From the NCBI GenBank assembly GCA_001600695.1, contig BCKQ01000024.1, forward strand, positions 55,793 to 119,792: 64,000 nt of DNA. The letters are read 5' to 3'. How positions within the stretch are numbered: position 1 is the first letter of the stretch; each line of letters begins with the position of its first letter. Made by a program: the position numbers and the translations under genes. The notes beneath the pieces were generated by a model that saw nothing but the letters and a program-made list of their open reading frames with translations, was not told the DNA's origin and did not search any database. The stretch is from Ascoidea asiatica JCM 7603. Taxonomy: Eukaryota; Fungi; Ascomycota. Shown here one piece after another: positions 44,901 through 57,057 of this stretch.

Positions 44901-47819
44901 ATGAAGGGAATAGGAAAGTCCAAGACTAAATACCAGAAGATCAACAATATAGATGAGAGAGATGATATTGATGATATAGAACTCGATTCTCTTTCTGGTC
45001 AGAATCCATCCATCAGCAATAAGAAAAATAATATAAATACAAATCCAAGTCGAAGTTCAGATCCAGATTTATATTCAGATTCAGATTCTGCAAATTCTTC
45101 GGTATTCAACGATATAGCCACGTTTGTTGAAGCAAATTCAAGACGAATAAAAATTCCTTCTGTAGATCCAATTATGCAAAGAGATATAGAAAGCAATAGT
45201 CAGGAAACTAATGAAAGCACTGAAAGCGAGGAAGATATGGAGGTACCTATAACTCCAGTGGAACATAAAGTGCTTCCAGTTAAAAATAAAAAAAGATTTA
45301 TGATATTTTTATGTATTTCCGTGGTTATATGGGCAATAGCCTTAATTTCTTATTCTCGATATACTAATTCAAAAAATTCTCTCAGTCAGAACTCCAATTC
45401 AACTTCAAGTACAAGTTCAAGTTTAAATTCAGATTCATATTGGAACCCAAATTCTCCAGATGACAAAAATAAAAAAAAAATAACTTTAGATGATTATAGA
45501 ATGGGATGGTTTTATGCTCATGAAAAATCAATAGAATTTCTTGGCTCTTCGTTGCCATTAAATGCTTCAGATGATGAAGGTCAAGTGATAATAAATGAAA
45601 GTAATAAATTTCATATAGAAAGTTTAGAAGAAAATATTGGTGAAAATATAAATAAAAATCAAAAAAGAGAATCAACTTATAAAAGTTATGATATTCCAAA
45701 AAAATTTACTTTTAATAAAATAAAGTATTCTATTCAATCTTTTTATCCAAATATTCAATTAACAAAAGCAATTGTAATAACAAATAAAGCAAGACAATAT
45801 AGACATTCTTTTTTTGCGAAATTTTTCATATATGATTTTGAAACAAAACAATATACTTCATTATTAAAAGATAATCCTGATGAATTTTTAAATTATGCAT
45901 CTTGGTCACCAAATGGAAATTTTATAACTTTTATTTTGAAAAATAATATTTTTTTAAAAAATTTGAAAAATGATGAAATTTCTCAAATAACTAATGATGG
46001 TTCTGAAAATATATTCAATGGTAAACCTGATTGGGTTTATGAAGAAGAAGTTTTAGCAAAAGATAATACTATTTGGTGGTCACAAAATGGAGAAAATTTT
46101 GCTTATATCAAAACTGATGAAACTACTGTTCCAACTTTTAATTTAGATTATTTTGTTCAAGATAATAATGATCAAGATCCTGTTAATAAATATAAATATC
46201 CAATTGTTAAAAAATTAAAATATCCTAAGCCAGGCTTTTCAAATCCTAAAGTTAAACTATTTACTTATAATATAAATGATAAAAAGAATTGGGAAGTTGA
46301 GAGAAATGATCCAGATTCAGAAATTTTAGGAGATGAATTTATTATATATGATGTTAAATTCATCGACTCTAATAATATTTTAGTTAAAGAATCCGATAGA
46401 GAAAGTAAATTATTACATATTAGAAATATAAATTTAAAAGAAAAAAAAACTAAGGTTGTTAGAAAAGTTGATTCTAAAAAAGAATTTAATGGATGGATTA
46501 ATACCGATCCTGAAATTTTAGTTGTTCCACCAAAGGATAATTATCAAGATAGAGAAAATTATGGATATATTGATGTTATAGTTGATTCAAAGGGATTTAC
46601 TCAATTAGCATTTTTCAAAAGTAGTGAAGAAACTGAACCAACAAAAATATTAACCAAAGGAGAATACGATATTATTGGAGGAGCGATTGCATATGATTAT
46701 GAAGCAGACATGATTGCATTTATAAGTAGTAAACGATCTTCCATAACTAGACATGTTTATGTTCTTAGTTTATCATCTTTAGATATGAATAATTTAACAG
46801 ATGATTCAAAAGATGGATGGTTTGAAGCAAAATTTTCTAGAAGTGGTAAGTTTCTTGTATTATCATATAAAGGGCCAGAAATTCCTACTCAAAAGATTAT
46901 AAACTTACATGATAGAAGCGAAAGTAATATAAATTATTTCAAAAACATTGAGAATATTGCAAATGTTGAAACATTAAAAAGTAGTATAAAAAAATTTGAA
47001 ATTCCAGTAAAAAAAGAATTTGAAGTTGAAGTTGATAAATCTAAAGGTGTTAAATGTTTTGTTAGAGAAATATTACCAGCTAACTTTAATAATACAGGTG
47101 AAAAAAAATATCCTGTGTTAATTCATATGTATGGAGGACCTGGATCTCAAGCTGTAGATGTTAAATTTGGAGTTGGATTTGAAGATGCTGTTGCATCTTC
47201 ATTAGATGCAATAGTATTGATTATTGAACCAAGAGGAACAGGTGGTAGAGGATGGAATTACCAAAGTTGGGCAACAGATAAAATTGGATATTGGGAACCA
47301 AGAGATATAATTAAAGTCACAGAGAAATATATCTCTGATCATAAATCTTATATTGATGAAGAACGAACAGCAATTTGGGGTTGGAGTTATGGTGGATTTG
47401 TAACCTTAAAAACTTTAGAATATGATGGAGGAAAAGTTATAAAATATGGAATGGCTGTTGCACCAGTAACTAACTGGCTATTTTATGATTCAATTTACAC
47501 AGAAAGATATATGGAATTGCCATCCAATAATGCTAAAGGATATAATGAAATATCGATAATTAAAGATTTGGATCAATTCAAAACCGTTAAACGATTTCTT
47601 ATGATGCATGGAACTGCAGATGATAATGTTCATTTTCAAAATACTCTCGATTTAGTTGATCGATTGAATATATATAATGTTGAAAATTATGATCTAAAGA
47701 TTTTTCCAGATAGTGATCATAGTATTTATCATCATAATGGTAATAAAATAGTTTATGATAAATTATATAAATGGTTGGGAGATGCATTTAATGGTGACTT
47801 TGATGTGATAGACAATTGA
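44901..47819 (+). CDS. STE13: Dipeptidyl aminopeptidase A (S9B), type II membrane protein
   Basis: ATG at 44901; ~130-aa cytosolic tail with SVFNDI (cf. Ste13 FQFNDI), one TM segment, GKPDWVYEEE, GWSYGG, DDNVH, DSDH. Confidence 0.88.
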   Translation: MKGIGKSKTKYQKINNIDERDDIDDIELDSLSGQNPSISNKKNNINTNPSRSSDPDLYSDSDSANSSVFNDIATFVEANSRRIKIPSVDPIMQRDIESNSQETNESTESEEDMEVPITPVEHKVLPVKNKKRFMIFLCISVVIWAIALISYSRYTNSKNSLSQNSNSTSSTSSSLNSDSYWNPNSPDDKNKKKITLDDYRMGWFYAHEKSIEFLGSSLPLNASDDEGQVIINESNKFHIESLEENIGENINKNQKRESTYKSYDIPKKFTFNKIKYSIQSFYPNIQLTKAIVITNKARQYRHSFFAKFFIYDFETKQYTSLLKDNPDEFLNYASWSPNGNFITFILKNNIFLKNLKNDEISQITNDGSENIFNGKPDWVYEEEVLAKDNTIWWSQNGENFAYIKTDETTVPTFNLDYFVQDNNDQDPVNKYKYPIVKKLKYPKPGFSNPKVKLFTYNINDKKNWEVERNDPDSEILGDEFIIYDVKFIDSNNILVKESDRESKLLHIRNINLKEKKTKVVRKVDSKKEFNGWINTDPEILVVPPKDNYQDRENYGYIDVIVDSKGFTQLAFFKSSEETEPTKILTKGEYDIIGGAIAYDYEADMIAFISSKRSSITRHVYVLSLSSLDMNNLTDDSKDGWFEAKFSRSGKFLVLSYKGPEIPTQKIINLHDRSESNINYFKNIENIANVETLKSSIKKFEIPVKKEFEVEVDKSKGVKCFVREILPANFNNTGEKKYPVLIHMYGGPGSQAVDVKFGVGFEDAVASSLDAIVLIIEPRGTGGRGWNYQSWATDKIGYWEPRDIIKVTEKYISDHKSYIDEERTAIWGWSYGGFVTLKTLEYDGGKVIKYGMAVAPVTNWLFYDSIYTERYMELPSNNAKGYNEISIIKDLDQFKTVKRFLMMHGTADDNVHFQNTLDLVDRLNIYNVENYDLKIFPDSDHSIYHHNGNKIVYDKLYKWLGDAFNGDFDVIDN

Positions 47820-48176
47820 TTTTTTATCTCTAGCAAATATTAATCTTCTTTTACAATACTTTCCCCAATGGATTTAATTATTTTTTTATTTTTTTTTTTT
47901 GATTTCTGATTTTATTTTTCACACAAAAATTATTTTAGATATACTTTTCAGTTAAGAAAGGTGTTTGGACCCTTTTTTCAGTAATAATTAGTTTTTTTCC
48001 TGAAAATCGAGTTGCAAAGATTAAAAATTAAGTGCTTATCAGGTAATTTCATTCCGGATACAATTGGGCACATGTGATCAGAACTTGACAATTTAAATAA
48101 GCAAAGCCCTAAAAGCGCCACACCGTTTCCAGAAGTTATTGCGCGCAAATTAACTTTATCCGCAGATGTGCATTTA

Positions 48177-48185
48177 GGTGGCAAA
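48177..48185 (+). promoter_or_regulatory. PACE (Rpn4) consensus GGTGGCAAA
   Basis: Exact match in the STE13-RKI1 intergenic GC island. Confidence 0.35.
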
Positions 48186-48763
48186 AAGTGAAATTTCAAA
48201 AGCACAGGCATTTAGTGCTAACTTTAAACAAATAAATATTTCAGTAGTGAATGTTGGATGTTTTGATAGTGGGATAAAGTGTATTTAGTAATTACAGTGG
48301 TTCATATAACTCTCTTTTTGCAATTTAGTTGAAAAGTTCCCCGGATGAAAATTTTCTTTGGTGAATGATCACATTATGAGGTAAATCATTTAATGGCTGA
48401 TCGATTCAGCTCATTGAAAATGTGTCTATTTGTCGAAATTTTTTTTTGTTTTGCCGACAGGTTGCCTGCCTTATTAACTTGATTATTTTCTGATGATTTT
48501 GAGTTAGCTTGAAATTTTTTTCTTCGTTTCGTTTAAATTTCTGTTTGATTTAAGTTGATTTGAACTCGATTTTCTTTCAATATTTTTCTTTTCTTGATTC
48601 TGATATGCTTTTACAGTCAATATGAATTTCATTCGTAAGATTTTAAACTATTTTTTCATATTAATTCTAAATCCTAATTCTTAACTAAAGTTATTGATCA
48701 AAGTAGTTGATCAAAGTTATAACAAATAAAATTTATATTTTTAACTCAATAATCATATTAGTA

Positions 48764-49639
48764 ATGACCAAATCCTCAGAAACTTTATCAGATCCACTTG
48801 AAAATGCTAAAAGAATAGCTGCTTACAGAGCTGTTGATGAAAATTTTCCAAAAAATCCAACATATATTGGTATTGGTTCGGGCTCAACTGTTGTTTATGT
48901 TATTGAGAGAATTGCACAAATTTCTTTGAATTTTAATAAAAAGTTTTATTGTATTCCAACAAGTTTTCAATCAAAAAATTTAATCTTAAATAATAATCTA
49001 AATTTATTAAATGTTGAAGATTTAACTTATCTTAATTTAAACTCAAATTCTGAAAAATTAATTGATATTACTTTTGATGGTGCTGATGAAGTAGATTCAA
49101 ACTTAAATTTAATTAAAGGTGGAGGGGCTTGTTTATTTCAAGAGAAATTAGTTGCTTCTTTATCAAAAACTTTAATAATAGTAGCAGATTATAGAAAAAA
49201 ATCTAAAAAATTCTTAGGAACAAATTGGTTTAAAGGAATACCAATTGAAGTTGTTCCAATTTCTTGGTCAAAAGTTAAAAAGGATTTACAAATTAATTTC
49301 AATCCTCAATCTGTAAAATTAAGAGATGGTGGAATCTCAAAAGCTGGCCCAGTAATAACTGATAATGGTAATTTTATTTTAGATGTAGATTTTGGTATAA
49401 TTCCACTTAATTCAAAAGATTTAATGATCTTAAATTCCGAAATTAAATCCTTAATTGGTGTTGTCGAAACTGGATTATTTGTAAATATGACCTCGAAATC
49501 TTATTTTGGAAATGCTGATGGTTCTGTTTCTGTTTCTTCTAAAGCACTTATAAAACCTTTGGTAAAGAAACCTGTCTTTTCCTGTGCTTTCTCTATAAGA
49601 ACAAAATCAAATATTCAAAAATTAACAACTGATTATTAA
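48764..49639 (+). CDS. RKI1: Ribose-5-phosphate isomerase A
   Basis: ATG at 48764; [46 protein letters not shown]. Confidence 0.97.
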   Translation: MTKSSETLSDPLENAKRIAAYRAVDENFPKNPTYIGIGSGSTVVYVIERIAQISLNFNKKFYCIPTSFQSKNLILNNNLNLLNVEDLTYLNLNSNSEKLIDITFDGADEVDSNLNLIKGGGACLFQEKLVASLSKTLIIVADYRKKSKKFLGTNWFKGIPIEVVPISWSKVKKDLQINFNPQSVKLRDGGISKAGPVITDNGNFILDVDFGIIPLNSKDLMILNSEIKSLIGVVETGLFVNMTSKSYFGNADGSVSVSSKALIKPLVKKPVFSCAFSIRTKSNIQKLTTDY

Positions 49640-49922
49640 ATAAGATTATCTAAAATCAAAAAAAAAAGCATTTTCTATATTCTCTTATTCATTCTAACCT
49701 TTTTTTATTTTTATTTTTTTTTAACTTTCTATAATTGGGTTTCCAAAATATTCATGTACAATACAATAAGATCTTTCAATAAATCTAAAAGCAATTTAAA
49801 TTTAAACTTTTGTATTTAATAAAACTTATAAAGGAGCCGAGAGGAAAAAAACTAAAAAAAAACATTTAACAAACAAAACAAATAAACAGATAAAAATATG
49901 AATTGAACATCATAAACTGGAC

Positions 49923-51698
49923 TTAAAAATTATTACTTTCTTCAATTTCAGAATCTGCATCTACCATCATTTTAGAAATTTCAAATCCTTCAACATCTTG
50001 TAATTCTTGGAACCACCCTTTTTCTTTCCAGAAATTCTTAACTGGAAGTCCTTGAATTGGGAAAAAATATGTTAATAAGGAATAAACTAAAAATGAAACA
50101 ATAAACCCAGTAAAATAATTTAAATTATAAACATAAGTAGCCCCAATTGGTACCGTTTTACCAACATCTCCAACAAAACCAACAATATTAATTAAAATAC
50201 CACAAATATATGCAGCATATGCTCTCCAATTACAACCAATAAAATTATATCTATAATCACTTGCTTTATCACCAGTATATAAATGAACTAATTTTATTTG
50301 ACCTCTTCTAACAAGAAAATAATCTGCAAAAATAACACCGGAAATTGCACTTAAAAAAACTGAATATGATGATAAATAACTTGTAAATTTATTAGAGGTT
50401 TTGAAAAAATTCCATGGGCAAATACAAAGAGAAATCATTGCACAAATATATCCACCTCTTCTAATACTAATATATCTTGGTAATAAAGCAGTCATATCAG
50501 TTCCTGCAGATAATGAATTTGCAGATATATTTGTACCTAATTGAGCTAATGCTAACCCAAAAGCAATTAAAAATGCACCAGCTCTATTACCAGAAGAAAA
50601 ATCATCTAAAAATCTACTTAAAACATCTAATGGGGACCAATATGTTTGTCCAAAAAGAATTGTTGAAGCAGAAGAAACTAAAATACCAATTAATGAAGTT
50701 AGGGAAAAACAAATTGGAATTGATATTATTTGTGACCAGTAAGCAGAATTTGGAGTTTTTGCAAATCTTGAAAAATCAGGAGCATTTACAATTAAAGTTG
50801 CAAAATTTGCAATACAATTCATAATTGCTTTAACAAATTGCCAACCATGATCAGAGCCTGTAAGAGTTGTTTTTTGATGTATAATTGGACCAATACTACC
50901 AGCTTTAACAATAGTCCAAACTAATAAACCAATACCTGCAAATGGAACAACAATTGCTTTAATTGTAAATAAATGACGAACTTTTTCTGGAGGAAACCAT
51001 AATACAGGTAAAGTTATTGCCCAGCCAATTATAAAACTTAAAAATTGAAAAGGAGTTGTACCACTAATATGACCAGAAAGTCTTGTATCTAAATCAGTAC
51101 CTGCAAGACTTTTTAACATAACTTGAACACATTGGCCAAAAATCCAACCTTGAACAGAAAACCAAATTATTGCCATTACAACACGATTTATTACAGGCCA
51201 TATAGAACCAAAAACACCAAAAGAAGCACGACAAGATACAGGAAAAGAAATATGATAAAAAGAACCAACTTTTGCAGAATAACCAACCATAATACCAACA
51301 ATCATATAACCAATGATTACAGCAATAAAAACTTCCCACCAAGCTAAACCAGCTTCAACAGAAGTACTTGCAATTTGAAAAGTATTAACATTAAAAGAAT
51401 CTGCAACCCAAAAAAATACAAAATTAAACCAACTCCATTTACGTCTTTTTTCTTCAACAGGTTTTAAATCAAAATTATATAAAAACATTTCTGCAGTTGA
51501 TAAATTTGATTTTTGTAATTCAATATATTTATCATGAAATTTTCTAAGTTTCGGAAATTTTGAATTTGAATAATCTATTGAATTTTCAGTTGATAAAGAT
51601 TGAATTGTATCATTTTCGGGAGATTTAATTTCAGTGCTATTACCAATTTGTAAATTATCTTCTGGCAGAAGAAATTTTTCTTCACTTAATTTAGACAT
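49923..51698 (-). CDS. FUR4: NCS1 uracil/allantoin permease (Fur4/Dal4 subfamily)
   Basis: ATG at 51698; NFDLKPVE..RRKWSW, WVADSFNVNTFQIA, YHISFPVSCRASFG, NAPDFSRFA, QLGTNISANS, ICPW. FUR4 vs DAL4 orthology is not resolved. Confidence 0.88.
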   Translation of the reverse strand: MSKLSEEKFLLPEDNLQIGNSTEIKSPENDTIQSLSTENSIDYSNSKFPKLRKFHDKYIELQKSNLSTAEMFLYNFDLKPVEEKRRKWSWFNFVFFWVADSFNVNTFQIASTSVEAGLAWWEVFIAVIIGYMIVGIMVGYSAKVGSFYHISFPVSCRASFGVFGSIWPVINRVVMAIIWFSVQGWIFGQCVQVMLKSLAGTDLDTRLSGHISGTTPFQFLSFIIGWAITLPVLWFPPEKVRHLFTIKAIVVPFAGIGLLVWTIVKAGSIGPIIHQKTTLTGSDHGWQFVKAIMNCIANFATLIVNAPDFSRFAKTPNSAYWSQIISIPICFSLTSLIGILVSSASTILFGQTYWSPLDVLSRFLDDFSSGNRAGAFLIAFGLALAQLGTNISANSLSAGTDMTALLPRYISIRRGGYICAMISLCICPWNFFKTSNKFTSYLSSYSVFLSAISGVIFADYFLVRRGQIKLVHLYTGDKASDYRYNFIGCNWRAYAAYICGILINIVGFVGDVGKTVPIGATYVYNLNYFTGFIVSFLVYSLLTYFFPIQGLPVKNFWKEKGWFQELQDVEGFEISKMMVDADSEIEESNNF

Positions 51699-51882
51699 TT
51701 TTATCAAATTTTTATTGAAATCTATTTATTTTTTATTAACTTTTATTAAATTTTTTGTTAATTTTTAGGCCAGTAAGTGGATAAATTTAAAAATTAAGAA
51801 TTTCAAAAATTCAAAATTTTGGTTGCTAATTTTCATATATATATATATATATATATATATTTATTTTCCAATAAAGGGTTTT

Positions 51883-51889
51883 TGAGTCA
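51883..51889. promoter_or_regulatory. Gcn4 site TGAGTCA upstream of the NCS1 permease
   Basis: Exact consensus; several GATAA/GATAAG sites also lie at ~52220-52291. Confidence 0.4.
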
Positions 51890-53845
51890 AATTAACTAGG
51901 AAATAAATGAATAAGAAACAAAATAAATGAATAAAGGATTTATATATATATTTATATTTTAATCTATTTTAAAATATATAGTTGTATACGAATTTAAAAT
52001 ATGGTATAGAATAGTTTTTTTTAATAACAGTTCTATTTTGAAATAGGTTGATCCATTTTGGTATAGTAAATTATGTATATAATATCTTGTTAACTATAGG
52101 GTCTTTTATAATCATATTTTATAAATTAATTGTAATATTCATTAATGATACTAAAGAGCAATAGAAGTGAATAAAATTGAATCAGAAGCCGTTTATAAAT
52201 TATTTCTTTTATTTAGATTATGATAAAATATGATAAAATATGATGGAATAAGATAAAGTATGAGGATATGATGAGTTATGAGTGGATAAGAATTCAAGAG
52301 ATTAAAAAACTTTAAAGTATTATCAATGAAAAAATAGTACATGGTTGTATTAACAAAATTACTAAGTTACTATTCTACTGTACTAATATTACTACTGGTA
52401 GCAATACTTAAGTTAATATTAGCAAACATAGTTTTGAATGAAATGAGTATGAAGCTATTCATTTAAGTTAAGGTAAGCTTAGTTAAAGCGAATTAAGTTA
52501 AATTTGGATATTTCAATGAGAGACTGGTGAATTTTCAAAGGAATAAACAGTTAAGAATGCGAGCAGAACAGTTTTTTGTAAGGATTATTTAAAGAATAAC
52601 TGAACAATATTTGAACATTATTTGAGCTTGATTAAAGCTAGACTGAAAAATATATTTTTAAGGTTATTGAATAGGCTTTTGCTACTTGGATAATATTCGA
52701 GTAAGTGCTAAAACGGATAAAAACAAATTTAGTAATAAATAATCTTGATCAGCTCTGCAATAACTTAGATAGAAAGCCAGGCAAAGGATATCTTGAGTAT
52801 GTGTTTGAGTATGTTGTCTTGTGTCAGCATATTTCTGGTATTATTGCTATTGCTATTTCCCTTTTCATTTCCATTTCCATTTCTCATTCTCTTTTTGGTG
52901 TTTCGTTTATTTGATTATTTTTTTGTTTTGTGCTTCTTTTTCTTTTTTTCTTTTGTTTTCTTTTATTTTGTGTTGCCACTTTGCCTAAAACGGAGCGCAA
53001 AGATCCAGCCACAGCATCCAGACTCGCTCCCCACCATTATTTCCGCGAAATTGCGTCCAGGACCACCCATCCAAAAGATAGTCTCGCCCAGAAAGCTTAG
53101 GGGCCTGGGTGCTGCCAATCAGTAGTCACTAGCACGTCTGTTATCTTTTGCGTGTGATTTCCACAGGGCTTCTAGTGCGAGTCTGCGCGGAAGACAGCAC
53201 GCCCATTCCTCGTGAAATATTATCACAAAGTTTTGTTTATATTCAATATCTGAACAAAAACCATGAAACAATCAAATAATCAAATATTTAGTATGAAACC
53301 GATGAAATAAAACTGAAGATATTGAAAAACTTGTTTATTTTTCTCTTCAAAAGTTAGAATAACTCAAAATATAAATAGTATTTAGTTCTATGTCCAAGAA
53401 AATAGAACAAACTTTTATTTGGTGCAGAGCTAAATAGATAATGAAACGCATTTCAACTCACAAACCATTCAGTGCCTTAAATCAAAGAAAGGTATACAAA
53501 TTTAGATTCATTTTTCACAATCTTAAGTTATCTCAATTTTTACTAAAACAAAATATAAACTCAATTTCATGTATATCTTTTTAGTTTAAAATTTTTTGTA
53601 ACCAGATTAAACAGAATTTAATCTTCCTTAAATGCTTATCAATTTACAGTGAAGGGTAAATATTTTAACAAAAAACATTTCAAATGCTTTACCCATTGAT
53701 TGACTAACTTTATTATAACATTAATTATTTAGAAAATTTACAATTCCTTCATTGTTTTTTTGAATGATTACTTTTGATATACTGTATATATGTATATCTT
53801 TTATTTACTCTAGTTTAGTAACTTTAAAAACTTTATTAGCTTTAT

Positions 53846-54646
53846 TTAATTTTTTTTTATGTTAAAAATAAGTTTAATAGCATCTTGAATTTTATCAGCT
53901 CTGTTTAAAATTACTTCTACTAACTTTTTTTCAAGTATTGGACAATCCTTAAAAATAGGTTTATCAAAATGAAGACCAACTACATCTTGGCTATAAATTT
54001 TCCTTTTTTTTATTATTTTATTTTCTTTTTCTTTTTCATTTTCATTTTCACTTTCAACTTCACATTCGCATTCACCTTCACATTCATATTCACTGTCACT
54101 CTCGCTTTCAAACTCACTTTCACTTTCATTTGATGAATTACTGAAGAAAGATTCTTCTGATTCTAAAAAATCAGATTTTCTTTTTTTAAAATTTTTTATT
54201 GATGATATTTTATCAAGTTCATTGAATTTTCTTTCAATATAATTCTCTTCACTTTCCGAAATTAAAGTTAATATGTCATATAAATCATCTTCAAACCCAA
54301 AACACTCATCTTTTTCATAAGATATATAATCAATTGGATCTTGAAATTTTTCAAAATTATTATAAATTTTATAAAAATAATTTTTAATAATTTTGTAACC
54401 TTTATATTCTTTCTTAAAATGTAAATTAAATTCTTCTAAAATATTTTTCCAATTTTTAGATTTATGTCTTTCAAATTCATAAAGTATTTCTGGCATATTT
54501 TTTAGTACTAACTCACATAATTTCTTTTCATGATCATAATCAAGTCGTTTTTTCTTGTTCAATTTTTTACTGAATTTATTACTTGATTTTATTACATTTT
54601 CATTCATTGAATTTAAGCATACATTTTTAGAAATAGTAGAAGCCAT
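53846..54646 (-). CDS. Orphan protein with a possible Myb/SANT-like (trihelix/MADF) domain and acidic tract
   Basis: 266-aa ATG ORF; EKKLCELVL...KSKNWKNILEEFN...IIKNYFYKI three-helix pattern, basic NLS-like clusters, E-x repeats. Confidence 0.55.
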   Translation of the reverse strand: MASTISKNVCLNSMNENVIKSSNKFSKKLNKKKRLDYDHEKKLCELVLKNMPEILYEFERHKSKNWKNILEEFNLHFKKEYKGYKIIKNYFYKIYNNFEKFQDPIDYISYEKDECFGFEDDLYDILTLISESEENYIERKFNELDKISSIKNFKKRKSDFLESEESFFSNSSNESESEFESESDSEYECEGECECEVESENENEKEKENKIIKKRKIYSQDVVGLHFDKPIFKDCPILEKKLVEVILNRADKIQDAIKLIFNIKKN

Positions 54647-54915
54647 TGAGAAAAGTTTTTAAATAAAATGAGATAAAATCAACATTCTCATTTGCTGATT
54701 TAACATTTGTATTCAATAATTTTTTTTTATCTTAATTTTATTTTATTTATTTACCTCATTTTTCGCGTTTTTATTCAATGATTATTTAACTTTATGATAA
54801 ATCGCGGCGCATTAAAAAACCCACTTAAAAAATAAAAAATTACCGTTTTTGCTATTTTCTCGGTAAAAAATATATGAATATTTCTTTGGACCCTGGGGGC
54901 TCTGATAATTTAATT

Positions 54916-56576
54916 TTATTGATCTAAAATATAAAGATCTTTTAAATTATTATTGATTTTATCATTATCATCTTCAATTTTTGAAACCTCATTTGAAATT
55001 ATATCCCATTTTAATTTATTTTTATTATCAAGATTGAATGAAACACTTTCTGGAACTTTATCAATTTTAAATTTTGTAATTGAAAATAATTTTTTAAAAT
55101 AAAAAAAAGATCTATCAAAATCATTAGAAATCAATAGAATTTTATCTTTATCATCTTTAAATCTGAAAAAAATTTTATTTTTTAACATAAATATAAAAAA
55201 TGAAAGTGAATGTATACACCCAGTTAAAAACTTTATTAAAAAATCAGTTGAAATTTTTATTAGAATATTTGAATTTTCACTTGCTATTTTGATCAAATTT
55301 TCTATTAAAATTAATGGGAAATCAATTTTCAATAAAAGCTCTTTAATATTATAATCTTCGATATATTGATTAATCAAAATATCTGGCAATCCATAACATA
55401 CCTCCCAGAGTAAAATTTTTAGACATGTTTCCATGATTATATTCTCAAAGATTTCTATATTTTCAATGTTTTTTATAATTTTATTATCTTTAATATTTTC
55501 AATATTCTCAATATTTAATAGTGATAAAGTAGAATAAATTTTAATCAAATTGTTTTTATTTAATTCATCAGTTTTATGATTTAAAATTAAAAATAAATCA
55601 TCATTGCATTTTTTAATATAATCAACCATTTGGTTATAAATTTTTAATTTTGAAGGATATTTATCAAATTTAGGTATTGGTAGTGAAACAATATCAGAAA
55701 TGGGATTTAATATTAATGATATATTCTAATTTGAATCAATTGATCTTGCTCTTTCTGATTGATAAATTCCAAAGTATAATTTTTGATAATTACGAAATTT
55801 TTTTTCTTCTTTTTCTTTTTCCATTTCATTTTCATAAATTAAATTGTTATTTGATTTTGAAAAATGAAAATTTTTTCTAACCAATTGAAGTAAAGTTATT
55901 GATTCATTTAAATAAATTATTGAAATTTTTTTTAGTATTATCATTTGAATAAAAAAATTATAAATATAAGAAATATGAAATTAATATAGATTCAGTATTT
56001 GTATTTTTGAAATATAATGAGTTTTGTCTTATATTTAAAGCTTGTTGAACTAAAATTTTTGGATTTATATAATTAGTTTTAAAAAAATTATCATTTGTTG
56101 TAAAATCTTTTTCTATACAAAAAAGAACAGTTGCAGATATAACACAAACTAAAGCAAAAGCCTTTTGTTCTTCAAAGAATTCTTCAACGAATTGATTGGA
56201 GTTATTTCTATTATTATTGGAAAAGGTTTCAAAATGTTTATAATAGTTTTTAATTTTATCACTTAATTCATCAGGATCAAAAAATGGCCAATCTGTATAA
56301 CAACGGATACATTTCCAAAAATTTTATAAGATAATTCAGTGGAATCCCAGAATAACATTCAGATTTAAAATTGACTAAAGTCTTTGCTTTATCTGTAGCT
56401 TTACTTTTATTCTTGGATGTTGTCTTTGAAGATTTATATATCCTCTTCTTCGATTGACCATTGTTTGCCTCACTCAAGAAACAAGGAACATTATGTTTCG
56501 AACATTGATTACAGACAGTACTTGGGCTTTCTTTTACACATTTCACTTTTCTTATCTTACAGGAATAACAACTCAT
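54916..56576 (-). pseudogene. Disrupted Zn(II)2Cys6 transcription factor (MAL-activator/AmyR/Suc1-like)
   Basis: CYSCKIRKVKC-X8-CNQC-X6-C cluster; continues via a frameshift (~56300, DWPFFD...), in-frame TAA 55958-55960, a frameshift at the T8 run 55926-55933 (YLNESITLLQL..KLYFGIYQSER), in-frame TAG 55726-55728, then into ORF 54916-55629. Confidence 0.8.
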
Positions 56577-57057
56577 GATTTCTATGAAGAAACTAGTGGT
56601 TACAGAAATAATCTCATCAGTCTCTTTTATTCTTATTTTATTCTTTCTTCAATTATTTCATTATCTTCATCATGTTTATCACTTATTCTAATGTTTTTTT
56701 AAAGCTTGTTTTAGTTCCACTTCGAATCTGATTTCAAAAGCCGTCGAATTACTTACCAAGCCACATTAAGCTATTCTGAAATAAGTGTAGCTGCATTGAG
56801 TGGCGTATTATGTGTGGCTTATAATACGTGGCTTATAATACGTGGCTAGTTTATGTCAACTTTGTGGCTTTATATAATTTGAAATTTGAAAGCTTTTAAC
56901 GTCTAATTTTTATTCTCTATAGAAAAAGTGTATAATTTAATACCGGTAGTGAAAAAAATGACCAAGATGAAGAGAAATAGAAAGAGAAATAGAAAGAAAT
57001 GAAGGTGATGAATTGAAATGAAAATAATGAAAATAATGAGAATGATAATCAAATAGA

